A stretch of 64,000 bases of DNA from Candidatus Diapherotrites archaeon ADurb.Bin253 (GCA_002069705.1 MWBV01000001.1:21768-85767); one strand, 5' to 3'. Counted from the first letter of the stretch, positions 28,219-38,140 are shown. Notes: a model not told the origin generated them from the letters alone. A program made the numbers and translations.

Positions 28219-30551
28219 TCTTTTTTTGGAGAGGATTCTTTAATAAAATTATTCAATATTTCTACTATCTTTGATTTTTCAACCTCTGCTAAAATTTTCT
28301 TGGATAATTCTGGTGAAACTTGTTCTGCCCATTTTGCAATATCGTGACGTTTAGAATTAACATGTATCTTGAAAACAGCTAATTCTATACCCGGCAATGT
28401 TTCAGCTAATTCTTTTAATGAAGATATCATTATTCCATTATCAAATGTAAGTGGTTTGAGTATTTTTGTAGATATGTTTTCTGCTTCTACTTTCTTTTCT
28501 TCTATTTTCTTTTTCTTTAATTCTTCTTTTTCATATATTGCTCTAGCTTTCCTTGCCTCTTCTACAGATTTCTGAATTTCTGAAGCGTCTATAAGTTTCT
28601 TTTCTAATTTTTTTGGTTTCTTACCTAGTTTTTCCCATTGTTTCTGTAACCTAGGTCCTATTCCTTCTATATAAATATCAACTACAGAAAAATTACCACT
28701 CATTAATTTGTCTTTTATTAATTTCAATTCCATCTTTAAATCAAATGTATCTATTTTTTCTTTTTCTAATTGTTCTATTTGATTATCAAAGTCATCAATT
28801 ATTTCATTATATTTATTGTATTTCTCTAGCTCTTCATCTGAAAGTCTTCTTGTGTTGTGTAAAATAGGTCTAAAATTTATGAAGTAGGGTTTACCTTTAT
28901 TATATGCTGTATTAACAAACATTCCAACTCCAACAGATGCTTTAACTAAGGACTGCAAAAATTCCTCTCCATATTTTATTTTTATTCTTCCTAAATCTCC
29001 TTCATCTCTTGTTCTCATTTGTATTTCTGTGTTAATATTTGCTTTAATTTCTCCTACAAAGTCACTTAAAACCTGAGAAACTAACATAACTCCAATTCCC
29101 CATTTTCTAAATTCTCTACATGCTCTTTCGATTTGTAAAAATCCTTCTCCACTACCTCCAAACTTTGAAAGTAATCTATGTACCTCGTCAAAAACTAATA
29201 AAACTTTTAAATCAGGGGTTTCCTTTGGATCTGATTTAAATATTTGTCTTATAGCACTAGCAACAAAAATATCCATATCATTTGGATCAAGTTTATTTAA
29301 TGCAAATATTTGTATTTGTCCAGGATGTATGAATCTTTCTATGTCTATTACTTCTCTAGCATGGGAGATTTGTCTAATGTTTCCAAAAAATGCTCTGGCA
29401 TCAGAGGGTTTTAATCCAAATTTTGGATAATAAGAAAGCATTTTTTTATCTTCGCATTTTCTAAGCATACCTGACCACTGAGCTGTTGGGTCAAATACAA
29501 TTACTGCGACATTTTTCATTAAAGCCTCTTCTATTAATACCTGGGCAGCAATACTCTTTCCTCCTCCTGTAGCTCCAGCAACAATACTATGTGTTTTTAA
29601 TTTTTCTGGTTCCAAGCAAGCTTTAATTTTTGTTTCTGCTATAAGCCCAAGAGATAAATTTTCTTTAGAGGGCATAGGAAGTTTTTTTGTATCTAATTCC
29701 ATACGATATTTCTTTGAAAGTTTTATACGTCTTTTGATTAGGAAATAAATGAGTAAAAATAATAAAATCATTCCTATTCCAGAAAACAAAAGCCAAAGAG
29801 GTAAGAATCCGAATAAAAGCCTACTGAAAAAAGGCTTTCTAATTACAAAATAGCTCAAGGCAGGAATTAATTCATTATTATATACTGCAGATAATTGAAG
29901 TATATATTCTCCTTTTTCTATTTCTGGAGGCATTTCAAATTCTTTTAGGTGATAAAAAGAATTAGTAAAATTAAAACTCTCCTGGCCTAAGAAATAAGAA
30001 TCGTTTTTTGTGTTGTTCAAAGAATAAGAAAGAACTATTTCGTCAAATTCTCCAGAATTTATCCTATATAAATATACTTTAAATTTAAGTTTTTCATTTA
30101 ATTTAAAATATTTTTTATAGGGTTCTACTTGAACAAAAAAAACCGGATTTAGGTCTGATTCCACTACTCGAATATTTACAAGTATCCTTTCATTAACTCC
30201 TCCTGAAATAAGTATCTCTCCAGAGTAATTTCCAATCCTTGCACCTTTAATATAAAAGTACATTGCAGAACTGTTTTTTGGAAATATTTCAATTCCAGAA
30301 GATTCAAATTCAAGTAATTCCATCACATTACCTGAAGAAGAAAATGTTGCAGAGATAGGTTCGTTCCTAAGATTGTTCACAATAATAAAATCTTGGAAGA
30401 GTGTTCCCACTTCTACACTTCTATCTACTTTGCTCCTAGAGACAACATATCCTTCTCTTTGTATCTCGTCTCCATATGCAGATTCTGCTATAATCATCTG
30501 AGAAAAGAATAAGATAAAAAAGAGTATTAGTAAAAATTTTTTTATTTTCAT
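28215..30551 (-). CDS. Single-pass membrane protein: extracellular beta-sandwich domain fused to a cytoplasmic HerA/VirB4/FtsK-superfamily ATPase (paralog of 8567..11965)
   Basis: 778 aa. Signal peptide, ~240-aa ectodomain, TM LFGFLPLWLLFSGIGMILLFLLIYFLI, then an ATPase domain with Walker A HSIVAGATGGGKS and Walker B LLVFDEVHRLL. The ATPase domain is mostly identical to ATPase1 over ~380 aa, and shared nucleotide strings show through (e.g. acctgaccactgagctgttgggtcaaatacaattactgc). Confidence 0.7.
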   Translation of the reverse strand: MKIKKFLLILFFILFFSQMIIAESAYGDEIQREGYVVSRSKVDRSVEVGTLFQDFIIVNNLRNEPISATFSSSGNVMELLEFESSGIEIFPKNSSAMYFYIKGARIGNYSGEILISGGVNERILVNIRVVESDLNPVFFVQVEPYKKYFKLNEKLKFKVYLYRINSGEFDEIVLSYSLNNTKNDSYFLGQESFNFTNSFYHLKEFEMPPEIEKGEYILQLSAVYNNELIPALSYFVIRKPFFSRLLFGFLPLWLLFSGIGMILLFLLIYFLIKRRIKLSKKYRMELDTKKLPMPSKENLSLGLIAETKIKACLEPEKLKTHSIVAGATGGGKSIAAQVLIEEALMKNVAVIVFDPTAQWSGMLRKCEDKKMLSYYPKFGLKPSDARAFFGNIRQISHAREVIDIERFIHPGQIQIFALNKLDPNDMDIFVASAIRQIFKSDPKETPDLKVLLVFDEVHRLLSKFGGSGEGFLQIERACREFRKWGIGVMLVSQVLSDFVGEIKANINTEIQMRTRDEGDLGRIKIKYGEEFLQSLVKASVGVGMFVNTAYNKGKPYFINFRPILHNTRRLSDEELEKYNKYNEIIDDFDNQIEQLEKEKIDTFDLKMELKLIKDKLMSGNFSVVDIYIEGIGPRLQKQWEKLGKKPKKLEKKLIDASEIQKSVEEARKARAIYEKEELKKKKIEEKKVEAENISTKILKPLTFDNGIMISSLKELAETLPGIELAVFKIHVNSKRHDIAKWAEQVSPELSKKILAEVEKSKIVEILNNFIKESSPKKD

Positions 30552-32446
30552 TTTTCTGTTCTCCCTTTTTGAATGCTTGTATCTTTTTTTTGTTTATTTT
30601 GTTCTTCTTTAGATTCTTTAGATTCTTTAGGTTCTTTAATCTCTTTTTTTTCTGGGGTGTTAACTTTAGGTATTTCCTTGGAATCTTTAGTGAAGGAATT
30701 GTACAAATCACTTATCTCTTTTTTTAATCTTTCTCTATCATCAAAAACCTCTTTAGGAATTGGTTCGCGATAAATATCTTTTATTTTTATAAATAATTTA
30801 AGTGCTTCATCCTCTTTATTTTGTTTTATTAAACTCTTTAATCTATTTAACATTATATACAACTCCAAAAGCCTTTCTTTCTTTTTGTCTCTTTTGTGCT
30901 TTACCATCAATATTGCTAAAAGTATTGCCACTAAAAGTATTAAAAAAGAGATAGAACCTATCTTGAAGAAAGATGCAAAATTGAATCTTGTACCTACCTC
31001 AAAAGGAACTGAATCTATAGCTATGTTCTTTTCATCTGAAGCTCTGGCATATATTAAATAATTTCCTTCAGGAGTTAGACTTGGCACTTGTAATTCTCTT
31101 TCAAGAAAAACATTGTAAAAAAACACTATTTCTTCTTCTGAAAAGTTGTACACTTTTCCTTCATAATCTTTTATAGCATAGTACAAAGAAGCATTAACTT
31201 CTTTTAAATCCTTAATATTAAATAAGCTTATATTAAATTTGATATTTTTTCCTGGTTTAACTAAAGAATACCCTTCAGATAAATTTAAAATCAAATCAAA
31301 CTCTAAATCTATTGCTTGAACATCTAATACTGTGGGAATTGACTTATTTACTTTGGGAGATTTCACATCTATATATCCAAAATATTGTCCAGGAATAGTT
31401 CTTTCTGGAGCGTAAAAATCAATAGTAATTTCTTTTGATTTTCCTGGAAGAATAGTTATGTTTGTTTCGCTAAAAATTGTGAAATTGTTTATTTTTCTTG
31501 AAGAAAGATGGATTGGAATCTCTTCTAATCCTGTATTTGTTATCTTTAAAACTCTTGTTTTTGAAGAACCTTGTTTCAAAGAAACCCTTAATTCTGATAT
31601 ACTAAGCTGAAAGTTTTCAGATTTTCTTTTTTGAATTTCTATTTTACTTAAAATTCTATCCACTAGCCGAGATGGATCTTTACCAGAATCTCCACTGCTT
31701 CCTCCACCCCCAGAATATCCTCCAGGTATTTGTTGGGTAGAAACAACAAATGATTGTATGGGCGTAAGGTTCATATTTTCAGAAGTATCGAATGCATAAA
31801 ATCTCCAATAAACAGTATTTAATGGGGGTGCTCTTATTTGAATGTTACGAAAAGAGACGTTTTCTAATCCAGAAAAATTTGTAGAAGAATAATTTTCCCA
31901 TCCTGCTCCTTGGTTTATTGAGAAGATATATCTGCCTAACCCTCTGTCATCTGTCCAATTTGTTACAAATGTTATTATGTCATTTTGATAAACTGTTTGT
32001 TTACTTATATTTGGGGAAGACCAGTTAGGGGGGGAAGAATCTAATCCCACATATAACATAACTACATTACTAAGGGTATCATAAATAGAATCTGAAGCAT
32101 AAAAAGTTACGTTCCTAGTCCCCGTAAATCCTTCTCTTGGAAAAAAAGAAACTTCATTTGTTAAGGGGTCTATAAATACATAAATATCTTCTACAGAAGA
32201 ATTATAGTATGAAAGATTTGGAGAATCTGCATCTGAGAAATAATCATCTAAATCAAATGCATTTAAATGATTTTGATTCTCTGGCCAGCTTTGGTTTGGA
32301 ATGTCCTTTATAAGAAACGGGGGAGAATTAGGAATATCTAAACTAGTTAAGATATCAGCAGATACAAATTGTAAAAAACAAAATAAAATTACAAATATCA
32401 TCTGTAAATATTTTTTCCCCTCTTTTAAAAAAAATGAAAATCTCAT
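30548..32446 (-). CDS. Surface protein with beta-sandwich domain, TM and conserved cytoplasmic tail; translationally coupled upstream partner of ATPase2
   Basis: 632 aa. Signal peptide, GGGGSSG linker, TM IGSISFLILLVAILLAILMV, tail ...LNRLKSLIKQNKEDEALKLFIKIKDIYREPIP. Overlaps 28215..30551 by 4 nt. Confidence 0.6.
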   Translation of the reverse strand: MRFSFFLKEGKKYLQMIFVILFCFLQFVSADILTSLDIPNSPPFLIKDIPNQSWPENQNHLNAFDLDDYFSDADSPNLSYYNSSVEDIYVFIDPLTNEVSFFPREGFTGTRNVTFYASDSIYDTLSNVVMLYVGLDSSPPNWSSPNISKQTVYQNDIITFVTNWTDDRGLGRYIFSINQGAGWENYSSTNFSGLENVSFRNIQIRAPPLNTVYWRFYAFDTSENMNLTPIQSFVVSTQQIPGGYSGGGGSSGDSGKDPSRLVDRILSKIEIQKRKSENFQLSISELRVSLKQGSSKTRVLKITNTGLEEIPIHLSSRKINNFTIFSETNITILPGKSKEITIDFYAPERTIPGQYFGYIDVKSPKVNKSIPTVLDVQAIDLEFDLILNLSEGYSLVKPGKNIKFNISLFNIKDLKEVNASLYYAIKDYEGKVYNFSEEEIVFFYNVFLERELQVPSLTPEGNYLIYARASDEKNIAIDSVPFEVGTRFNFASFFKIGSISFLILLVAILLAILMVKHKRDKKKERLLELYIMLNRLKSLIKQNKEDEALKLFIKIKDIYREPIPKEVFDDRERLKKEISDLYNSFTKDSKEIPKVNTPEKKEIKEPKESKESKEEQNKQKKDTSIQKGRTEK

Positions 32447-32548
32447 TTACCCTCTATTTTAGTTATTATCTACCTATTTATTTAAACCTTATTAAAAAAA
32501 TACTCTAAAAAAAGAAACCTTTATAAAGTACCTAATGGTTTTTATATA

Positions 32549-32752
32549 ATGCCTAAAAAAGACCTAAATGATACTAAATACAAAAGCGCTACTGTTAAAG
32601 GAACTATCCCATTTAATCAAAAAGAGGCAATAAGAAAATTGATTGGAGTCATAGGTAGCAATGAACAAGATGTGGTTGGAAAAATAATAACTCTCTGGTT
32701 ATATAATGAAGGGTATCTAACAAATAAAAATAAAAAAGGAGAGTCAAAATGA
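32549..32752 (+). CDS. Small hypothetical protein
   Basis: 67-aa ORF ending 4 nt into the next gene. No recognisable motifs. Confidence 0.25.
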   Translation: MPKKDLNDTKYKSATVKGTIPFNQKEAIRKLIGVIGSNEQDVVGKIITLWLYNEGYLTNKNKKGESK

Positions 32753-35700
32753 AAGGCAAGATATTTCTGATATTTTTGGTATTCTCTTTATTGATTATGT
32801 CTCCAATTACTATTGGAGCAGATGGAGAGATTAACAATCCAGAAGATAATCCAAATTCTGAATTAAATGAAGATAATAATAATAAAAATCAAGAAAACAC
32901 TGAAACAACAAATGCAAATAGTTCTTCTGAAGATTTAAACAAAGTTATAGATGAAGTACAAAAACAAAATATAAACGATGATGAAAATAATGAAAGTAAT
33001 TCTGATAAACAAGATATAAACGATAATGAAAATAATGAAAGTAATTCTGATAAACAAGATATGGAAGATGGTTCTAATGAATCTAATTCAACAGAGATAG
33101 AATTGGAGAATTTATCTTCACAAGAAAATTCTGTATATATTTCTTCGAATAATATCTCACCTCCTGAAGAACCCAAAGAGGAACAACCTGCTGCATTGCT
33201 TGTTGAATCTTCAAAAGAAGAGAATTCTGGTCCTTGTTGGGGATATGATGCTCTTGGGAAAAAGGTGATAAAGATAGAAGACTGTGAGGAGGGAGATATA
33301 GAAAAAATTAAACCACTAGAAGAGCTTGAGATAAGTGAATTTGAAAAAGAGGTGATTGTCTCAAGTAAAGAAGATTTCAATAAACCAATTAGAGTTTATA
33401 GTATTTTAACAAAAGAAGCAAATAAAGAAGAAATAAAGATATTCTGGAAAAACGAAAACAACTTAGAGATAACTCAAGATGAATCTTTTTCTGTTGAATA
33501 CTATGATAAAAATGAAAATGGATTAATAGATAAGGTTTCTTGGATAGTCCCACACTTAAGTGAGCAAAAATTTAAGATAATAGTTGAAATTGAAAATCCT
33601 AAAGAATCTACAGAAGAACTTTTACTAAATGTTACTGGACCTTCTGGACAAACCAGGAATCCGATAAATTTCAATATAGAAGTTAATTATTCTGGAAATT
33701 TTAATTGTAATCTCAAAATCGGAAATGAAGAAGCTCTTGCTTTTTCTTCTAACAAAAATTATAGTTTAGACCTTCGAGATGGAGATTATAATTGGGAAGT
33801 TATCTGTTATGATAGTGTTGATGGAACAAATTCGTCAATTACCAATGCCACATTTGGTGACTTTTCTGTTAATGAAGGTGTTTATTATACTAACTTAACT
33901 GAAGGAAAATTATATTTTTTGGATTTAATACAAAACAAAATACAAAACCCTGAAACAATAACAATTAATTCGACAAACCCTTCTAACTACACTATTAAAA
34001 TAAAAAGAAATGAACAAGAAATTTATACAAAGGAATCGTTTAATAATACAAACATTCTGATGAATGAATTAATACTAAGTTCTGCTGGAAATTATACTTT
34101 AAGTGTTAAATTTAAAGAACCTTCTCCAGAATATGAAATTCTTAAGAACTTTTATGTAGCAAGTGCAAATATAACTTTAAATGCAACTTCTGTTGAAGAA
34201 GGTAAACCTGTTAAGATAACTGCTATAGGTAACTCTCAAGATAAAGCCATTTCTACTATAATAATTGATTATGGAGATGGAACTAGTGATTATAATCATA
34301 TAAATGCAAATTCTTTTTCAAAAGAGTTTGTTAAAACATACAACAAAAACGGAAATTACAATATAAAATTATTTATAACAATTCCTGGAGAAGATACATT
34401 TAATATTATCAAAAATGGATTAGTTGTTACAAAACCTACAACACCTACAACCCCAAAAGATGAGAAATCTCCAGAAATTGAATTATTATATCCTGAAGAT
34501 AAAGAGATATTTGAAGTAAATCATGTAAACTTTTCATATAAAGCTAGTGATGATGTTAAAATACAAAATTGTACATTTAAATTATATGAAAATTGTGCTT
34601 CTATGACTACTTGTTCTACAAGTGAATCTAATTTATTGTACCAATCATTCGCAGATGCAAATAACTTTTCTGGTCAAAAAAATAAAGAAATTAGAGTAAA
34701 TTTAAATAAATTTAATGATGGAATTCATTTATGGGAAGTAGAATGTTATGATAATTCTTCAAATAATGCTTGGGAAAGGGGTTTTTTAAAGATTAAAGTA
34801 AATGAAAGTCAAACATCAACTACTCAAAATTATTCTCAAAAAGCAGAAATAGATAGGCTAAAAGAAATTGCAGATCACTTTATTACAAAAAGTTTCAGCT
34901 TAGAAGAAAAAGAGGTTTTAGAAGACCTTATACTCCTTGAAGATACAAAGTATTACAAAAAAAGGCTCTTAGATATTGAAAATTTCTTTAGGGAGAATTA
35001 CAAATATGTTTCAAGTGAAGAATTAAGAAACAAAAAAACAGAGGAATACTTAACTGAATTAAATGAAATAAAAAACAAGATACCTAAAGAAATATCTATT
35101 AAAGAAAACTATGAATATGTTAAGAACAGTGTAGAAACAGATTTTGAAGATGTTATAAAAAGCTATTTTGACTCAACAAATACTCAAATCAGTAAATCTT
35201 CTCTTAAAAAATTAGCAACTATAAATAGAGAATTACAAAATGACATATCTATATCTACAAAAGTTAGGAAAGTGGAGATAGAGTATAATAATGGTACACA
35301 GGAGATAATATTAGTAAAGAAAAAAATTGATTTAAATGATGATTCCCATGAAAGAATATTAGAAATAATCCCTAAAGAAGTCCTAGAAAATAGTGATGAT
35401 GTTTTTTTCTTGGTTGATAGCAAAGTGATTCAAAAAGACCCTATTTTTGAAATAGATTACGATGACTTGGAAAAAGGAGAAATTTTATATTACTTAACTA
35501 AAAAAATAAAGATAAAGGATATAGAAAAAACAGAAACAATACTTTTTGAAGATAATTTAAATAAATTTGAAAGGGGGGTCACAGGACTGTTTATTCTTGA
35601 ATTTGCTTCAATAGATAATACAATTTATTTTGTGCTTATTTTTGTTTTGTTAGTTGTTTTAATCTCTATGGTATTTTTTGTGATTAAAAAATTCAAGATG

Positions 35701-36054
35701 ATTGGTTGGAAAAAAGAACCCAATGTTGTTAGGGTGCTAAATTTAATTGAAGATGTAAAAAGAGCACTTAAAGAAAAGGACATAGAGAGAGCAAGGGAGA
35801 AATATTATAAGATAAAGGAAATATATCCTGTATTGCCTTCAAAAACTAAACCCTATTTTTATGAAAAAATAAAAGAAATGTTGATTAGGATAGATAGAAA
35901 AGATATTTTTGGGTTAGTTAAAGAATATCAAGAAGCAAAAAGAAAATGGAATAAAGAAGAGGTTCTTAGATTGTACGAAGATATTAGAAAAATCTATGAA
36001 AGATTACCTGAAAAAGACAGGAAAAAAGTATATGGTATAATTAATGGATACTAA
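32749..36054 (+). CDS. Giant (1101-aa) surface protein with an acidic tandem repeat, a domain shared with the other giant surface proteins, C-terminal TM and a conserved cytoplasmic tail
   Basis: Signal peptide; 45-nt tandem repeat at 32971..33060 encoding INDDENNESNSDKQD twice. Domain IKIFWKNENNLEITQDESFSVEYYDKNENGLIDKVSWIVPHLSEQKFKIIV matches 15887..21349. TM IYFVLIFVLLVVLISMVFFVI; tail ...AREKYYKIKEIYPVLPSK... Confidence 0.65.
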   Translation: MKGKIFLIFLVFSLLIMSPITIGADGEINNPEDNPNSELNEDNNNKNQENTETTNANSSSEDLNKVIDEVQKQNINDDENNESNSDKQDINDNENNESNSDKQDMEDGSNESNSTEIELENLSSQENSVYISSNNISPPEEPKEEQPAALLVESSKEENSGPCWGYDALGKKVIKIEDCEEGDIEKIKPLEELEISEFEKEVIVSSKEDFNKPIRVYSILTKEANKEEIKIFWKNENNLEITQDESFSVEYYDKNENGLIDKVSWIVPHLSEQKFKIIVEIENPKESTEELLLNVTGPSGQTRNPINFNIEVNYSGNFNCNLKIGNEEALAFSSNKNYSLDLRDGDYNWEVICYDSVDGTNSSITNATFGDFSVNEGVYYTNLTEGKLYFLDLIQNKIQNPETITINSTNPSNYTIKIKRNEQEIYTKESFNNTNILMNELILSSAGNYTLSVKFKEPSPEYEILKNFYVASANITLNATSVEEGKPVKITAIGNSQDKAISTIIIDYGDGTSDYNHINANSFSKEFVKTYNKNGNYNIKLFITIPGEDTFNIIKNGLVVTKPTTPTTPKDEKSPEIELLYPEDKEIFEVNHVNFSYKASDDVKIQNCTFKLYENCASMTTCSTSESNLLYQSFADANNFSGQKNKEIRVNLNKFNDGIHLWEVECYDNSSNNAWERGFLKIKVNESQTSTTQNYSQKAEIDRLKEIADHFITKSFSLEEKEVLEDLILLEDTKYYKKRLLDIENFFRENYKYVSSEELRNKKTEEYLTELNEIKNKIPKEISIKENYEYVKNSVETDFEDVIKSYFDSTNTQISKSSLKKLATINRELQNDISISTKVRKVEIEYNNGTQEIILVKKKIDLNDDSHERILEIIPKEVLENSDDVFFLVDSKVIQKDPIFEIDYDDLEKGEILYYLTKKIKIKDIEKTETILFEDNLNKFERGVTGLFILEFASIDNTIYFVLIFVLLVVLISMVFFVIKKFKMIGWKKEPNVVRVLNLIEDVKRALKEKDIERAREKYYKIKEIYPVLPSKTKPYFYEKIKEMLIRIDRKDIFGLVKEYQEAKRKWNKEEVLRLYEDIRKIYERLPEKDRKKVYGIINGY

Positions 36055-36096
36055 AGAACAGCAAATCTTAAAAAAGCAACACTTTCTTAAATAAAT

Positions 36097-36600
36097 ATGG
36101 AATTTAAAAAAAATTGGATATTCCTGTTTGGATTGGTTTTACTTTTTCTACTTGCAGGATCTGTTCTTGCTGCACCTAATTATGACCAAAAAGTATACAG
36201 AGTAGATTCAAAATTAAAAAATAATTATAATTCTGAAAGATGTTCTAACTGTTATAATTATAATAACTATGAATGGGATTATGGAAATCAAAATAGAGAA
36301 ATTGTGCGTAGTGATAATTATGGATTTAGAAACTACGATTCCTATAAAAGTGAAAAAACAAAAAAGAGTATTTTTGGAGATTATATTAAAGAATATTCAG
36401 TTCAAATTAGAAATAGGGGATATACTGGGAGATATTTTACAGTAGTCTTTAAATTAAAAGATAAAAATGGTTTTGAATTCACTCAATCAATTACCAAATA
36501 CCTGAGAGATGGAGAAAGTAAAAAATTCGTATATAAAGACATTCAATATGAAAGACATGAAATTCTTAATTGGAGCTACTCTATTGTTCCTGGAAAATAA
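36097..36600 (+). CDS. Small secreted protein
   Basis: 167 aa. Signal peptide IFLFGLVLLFLLAGSVLAA, N/Y-rich. Confidence 0.4.
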   Translation: MEFKKNWIFLFGLVLLFLLAGSVLAAPNYDQKVYRVDSKLKNNYNSERCSNCYNYNNYEWDYGNQNREIVRSDNYGFRNYDSYKSEKTKKSIFGDYIKEYSVQIRNRGYTGRYFTVVFKLKDKNGFEFTQSITKYLRDGESKKFVYKDIQYERHEILNWSYSIVPGK

Positions 36601-36725
36601 AAATGCCTCTAGGGGCTTAAAAAAGGCCTATTTTTAGGGTGCGTACAATATACATTATACGAAGTTTTAGGTGATTTTTTAGTGTTTTTTGGGAATTTGA
36701 GAGATTTTGTCTATTTTATATGATA

Positions 36726-37961
36726 ACTTAGGTTAGCTTTGTTATCTGTGCTGGATTTCTGAGTCCTCTTTTTTATAATCTGGAAGTAAATGATTTGCTA
36801 AACGAAAAAATCTATATTCTACTTCTTTTAGTTCTTTTGATTTGAATTGAACTGTTTTACAATCTTTTGCACTTAGGTTAGCTTTGTTCTTTTCCAATAA
36901 TAATTCGTGTTCTTGGAGTAACAGTAACTTGTATATAATATCATATTTATTCTCTTTTCTTATTCTCTTTTCTTGAAAAGTATAAGGGATAATTAATAAT
37001 TAATAATTAACAATATGATGAACCTGGTTGATTGAAATTTTTATATTCTAAATCCTGTTCATTTTTATCTTTTAAATCTGGTTTATTTATACTTAGGTTA
37101 GCTTTGTTATAAAGACAGTTTTTAAGATTGAGTTGTTTAATATTGTTATCTGAATATTTAGCTAACCTTAAAATCAATTCTAGATGGGTTATTTCTTCAT
37201 TTAAATGGGTTATTTCTTCATTTAATTGTCCTATTCTGTGTCTTGTATATGAGGTAATTTTAGTTATAATTTCTTCTGAAGAACCAGTAGATAAATTAGA
37301 GTAATCTCCATAGCATGCTGGACATTCTATTATATTATGGGACCCTCTGCCATAAATAACAAGATATGTGCCATCTAAGGGGCATCTTTTATTAGATAAT
37401 TTATCTCCAAAATCTAAAAAAACTGTCTCCTTTTTTCCCTCTAAACCAACAAATAGATATTCTCTTTTTTCTCCAGGATTTCCTATATCAAAAAGCTCTT
37501 TTGGTACTTCTTTTATTAGGTCTTTCATTAAGGTTAAAATCTCTCCCTCTTTTTAAGGATTTGTTGTTCAAGAAATACAATTACAAAACTAAAATCCAAA
37601 TTTTAAAAAAAATGTGTTCTGGGGCATTTTTAAATAAAATGTGTTCTGGGACATTTTGCACTTAGGTTAGCTATGTTATTTGCTAAATTTGAGAATATTT
37701 TAGGAGATGTAAATTGAAAAAAAAGATGAATTAAATGGCCTGAAATCTGGAGTTATAGGAATTATTTTTTTAATATCTTTGAAATATATTTGAATTAAAA
37801 AAAGAAAGAGGGAAATTTTAAAGGGGTTTTTGAGGTGTTTTTTTGGTGTTTTTTGAAATGATTTTTGGAGTATTTTTTGGGGCGTTTTTTGAATAAATTT
37901 TGCTCTAAAAAAATGATAGAATTGATTTTTATAAAATCTTTGAACTTAGGTTAACTTAGTT
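36726..37961 (+). repeat. Five dispersed direct copies of the 18-nt motif ACTTAGGTTAGCTTTGTT
   Basis: Copies at 36726..36743, 36871..36888, 37091..37108, 37660..37677 (one mismatch) and 37944..37961 (degenerate), all in the same orientation with irregular spacing. Confidence 0.7.
37007..37528 (-). CDS. Hypothetical protein with CxxxG...CPAC zinc-ribbon-like motif and an internal 7-aa duplication
   Basis: 173 aa. RCPLDG...ECPACYG, and LNEEITHLNEEITH encoded by the direct repeat gggttatttcttcatttaaat x2 near 37185..37225. One copy of the 18-nt motif lies inside its 3-prime part, so protein-coding status is uncertain. Confidence 0.3.
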   Translation of the reverse strand: MKDLIKEVPKELFDIGNPGEKREYLFVGLEGKKETVFLDFGDKLSNKRCPLDGTYLVIYGRGSHNIIECPACYGDYSNLSTGSSEEIITKITSYTRHRIGQLNEEITHLNEEITHLELILRLAKYSDNNIKQLNLKNCLYNKANLSINKPDLKDKNEQDLEYKNFNQPGSSYC

Positions 37962-37984
37962 TTAAAAAAAATGTGCTGGAATCT

Positions 37985-38140
37985 ATAAAAAATGTGCTGG
38001 AATGCTGTTTAAACAGCTGTTTTTTTGGTTTTATCGACGTAAAAATAAATAAAGACAAAGGATAAAAACAGGCTGTTTATAATGTTCAAACAGCTGTTTG
38101 TGTCTGTTTAGGGCTGTTTAAACAGCCTGTTTTCCATTAA
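37985..38140. promoter_or_regulatory. Cluster of CTGTTTAAACAG palindromes (candidate operator or iteron sites)
   Basis: gctgtttaaacagctgttt near 37986, ggctgtttataatgttcaaacagctgttt near 38071, and gggctgtttaaacagcctgttt near 38112. The half-site GTTCAAACAG recurs inside the next gene. Confidence 0.45.

Noticed and set aside
1-36600. Surface island as an integrated mobile element, provirus or conjugative element.
   Set aside because: No integrase, transposase, relaxase or capsid-like genes, and no flanking tRNA or direct repeats were seen. Apart from the membrane fusion, the HerA-like ATPases lack other conjugation partners such as VirD4 or relaxase.
36726-37961. Possible CRISPR array, suggested by the repeated 18-nt motif.
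   Set aside because: Spacings are irregular (145-569 bp). There is no uniform repeat-spacer periodicity and no cas genes.
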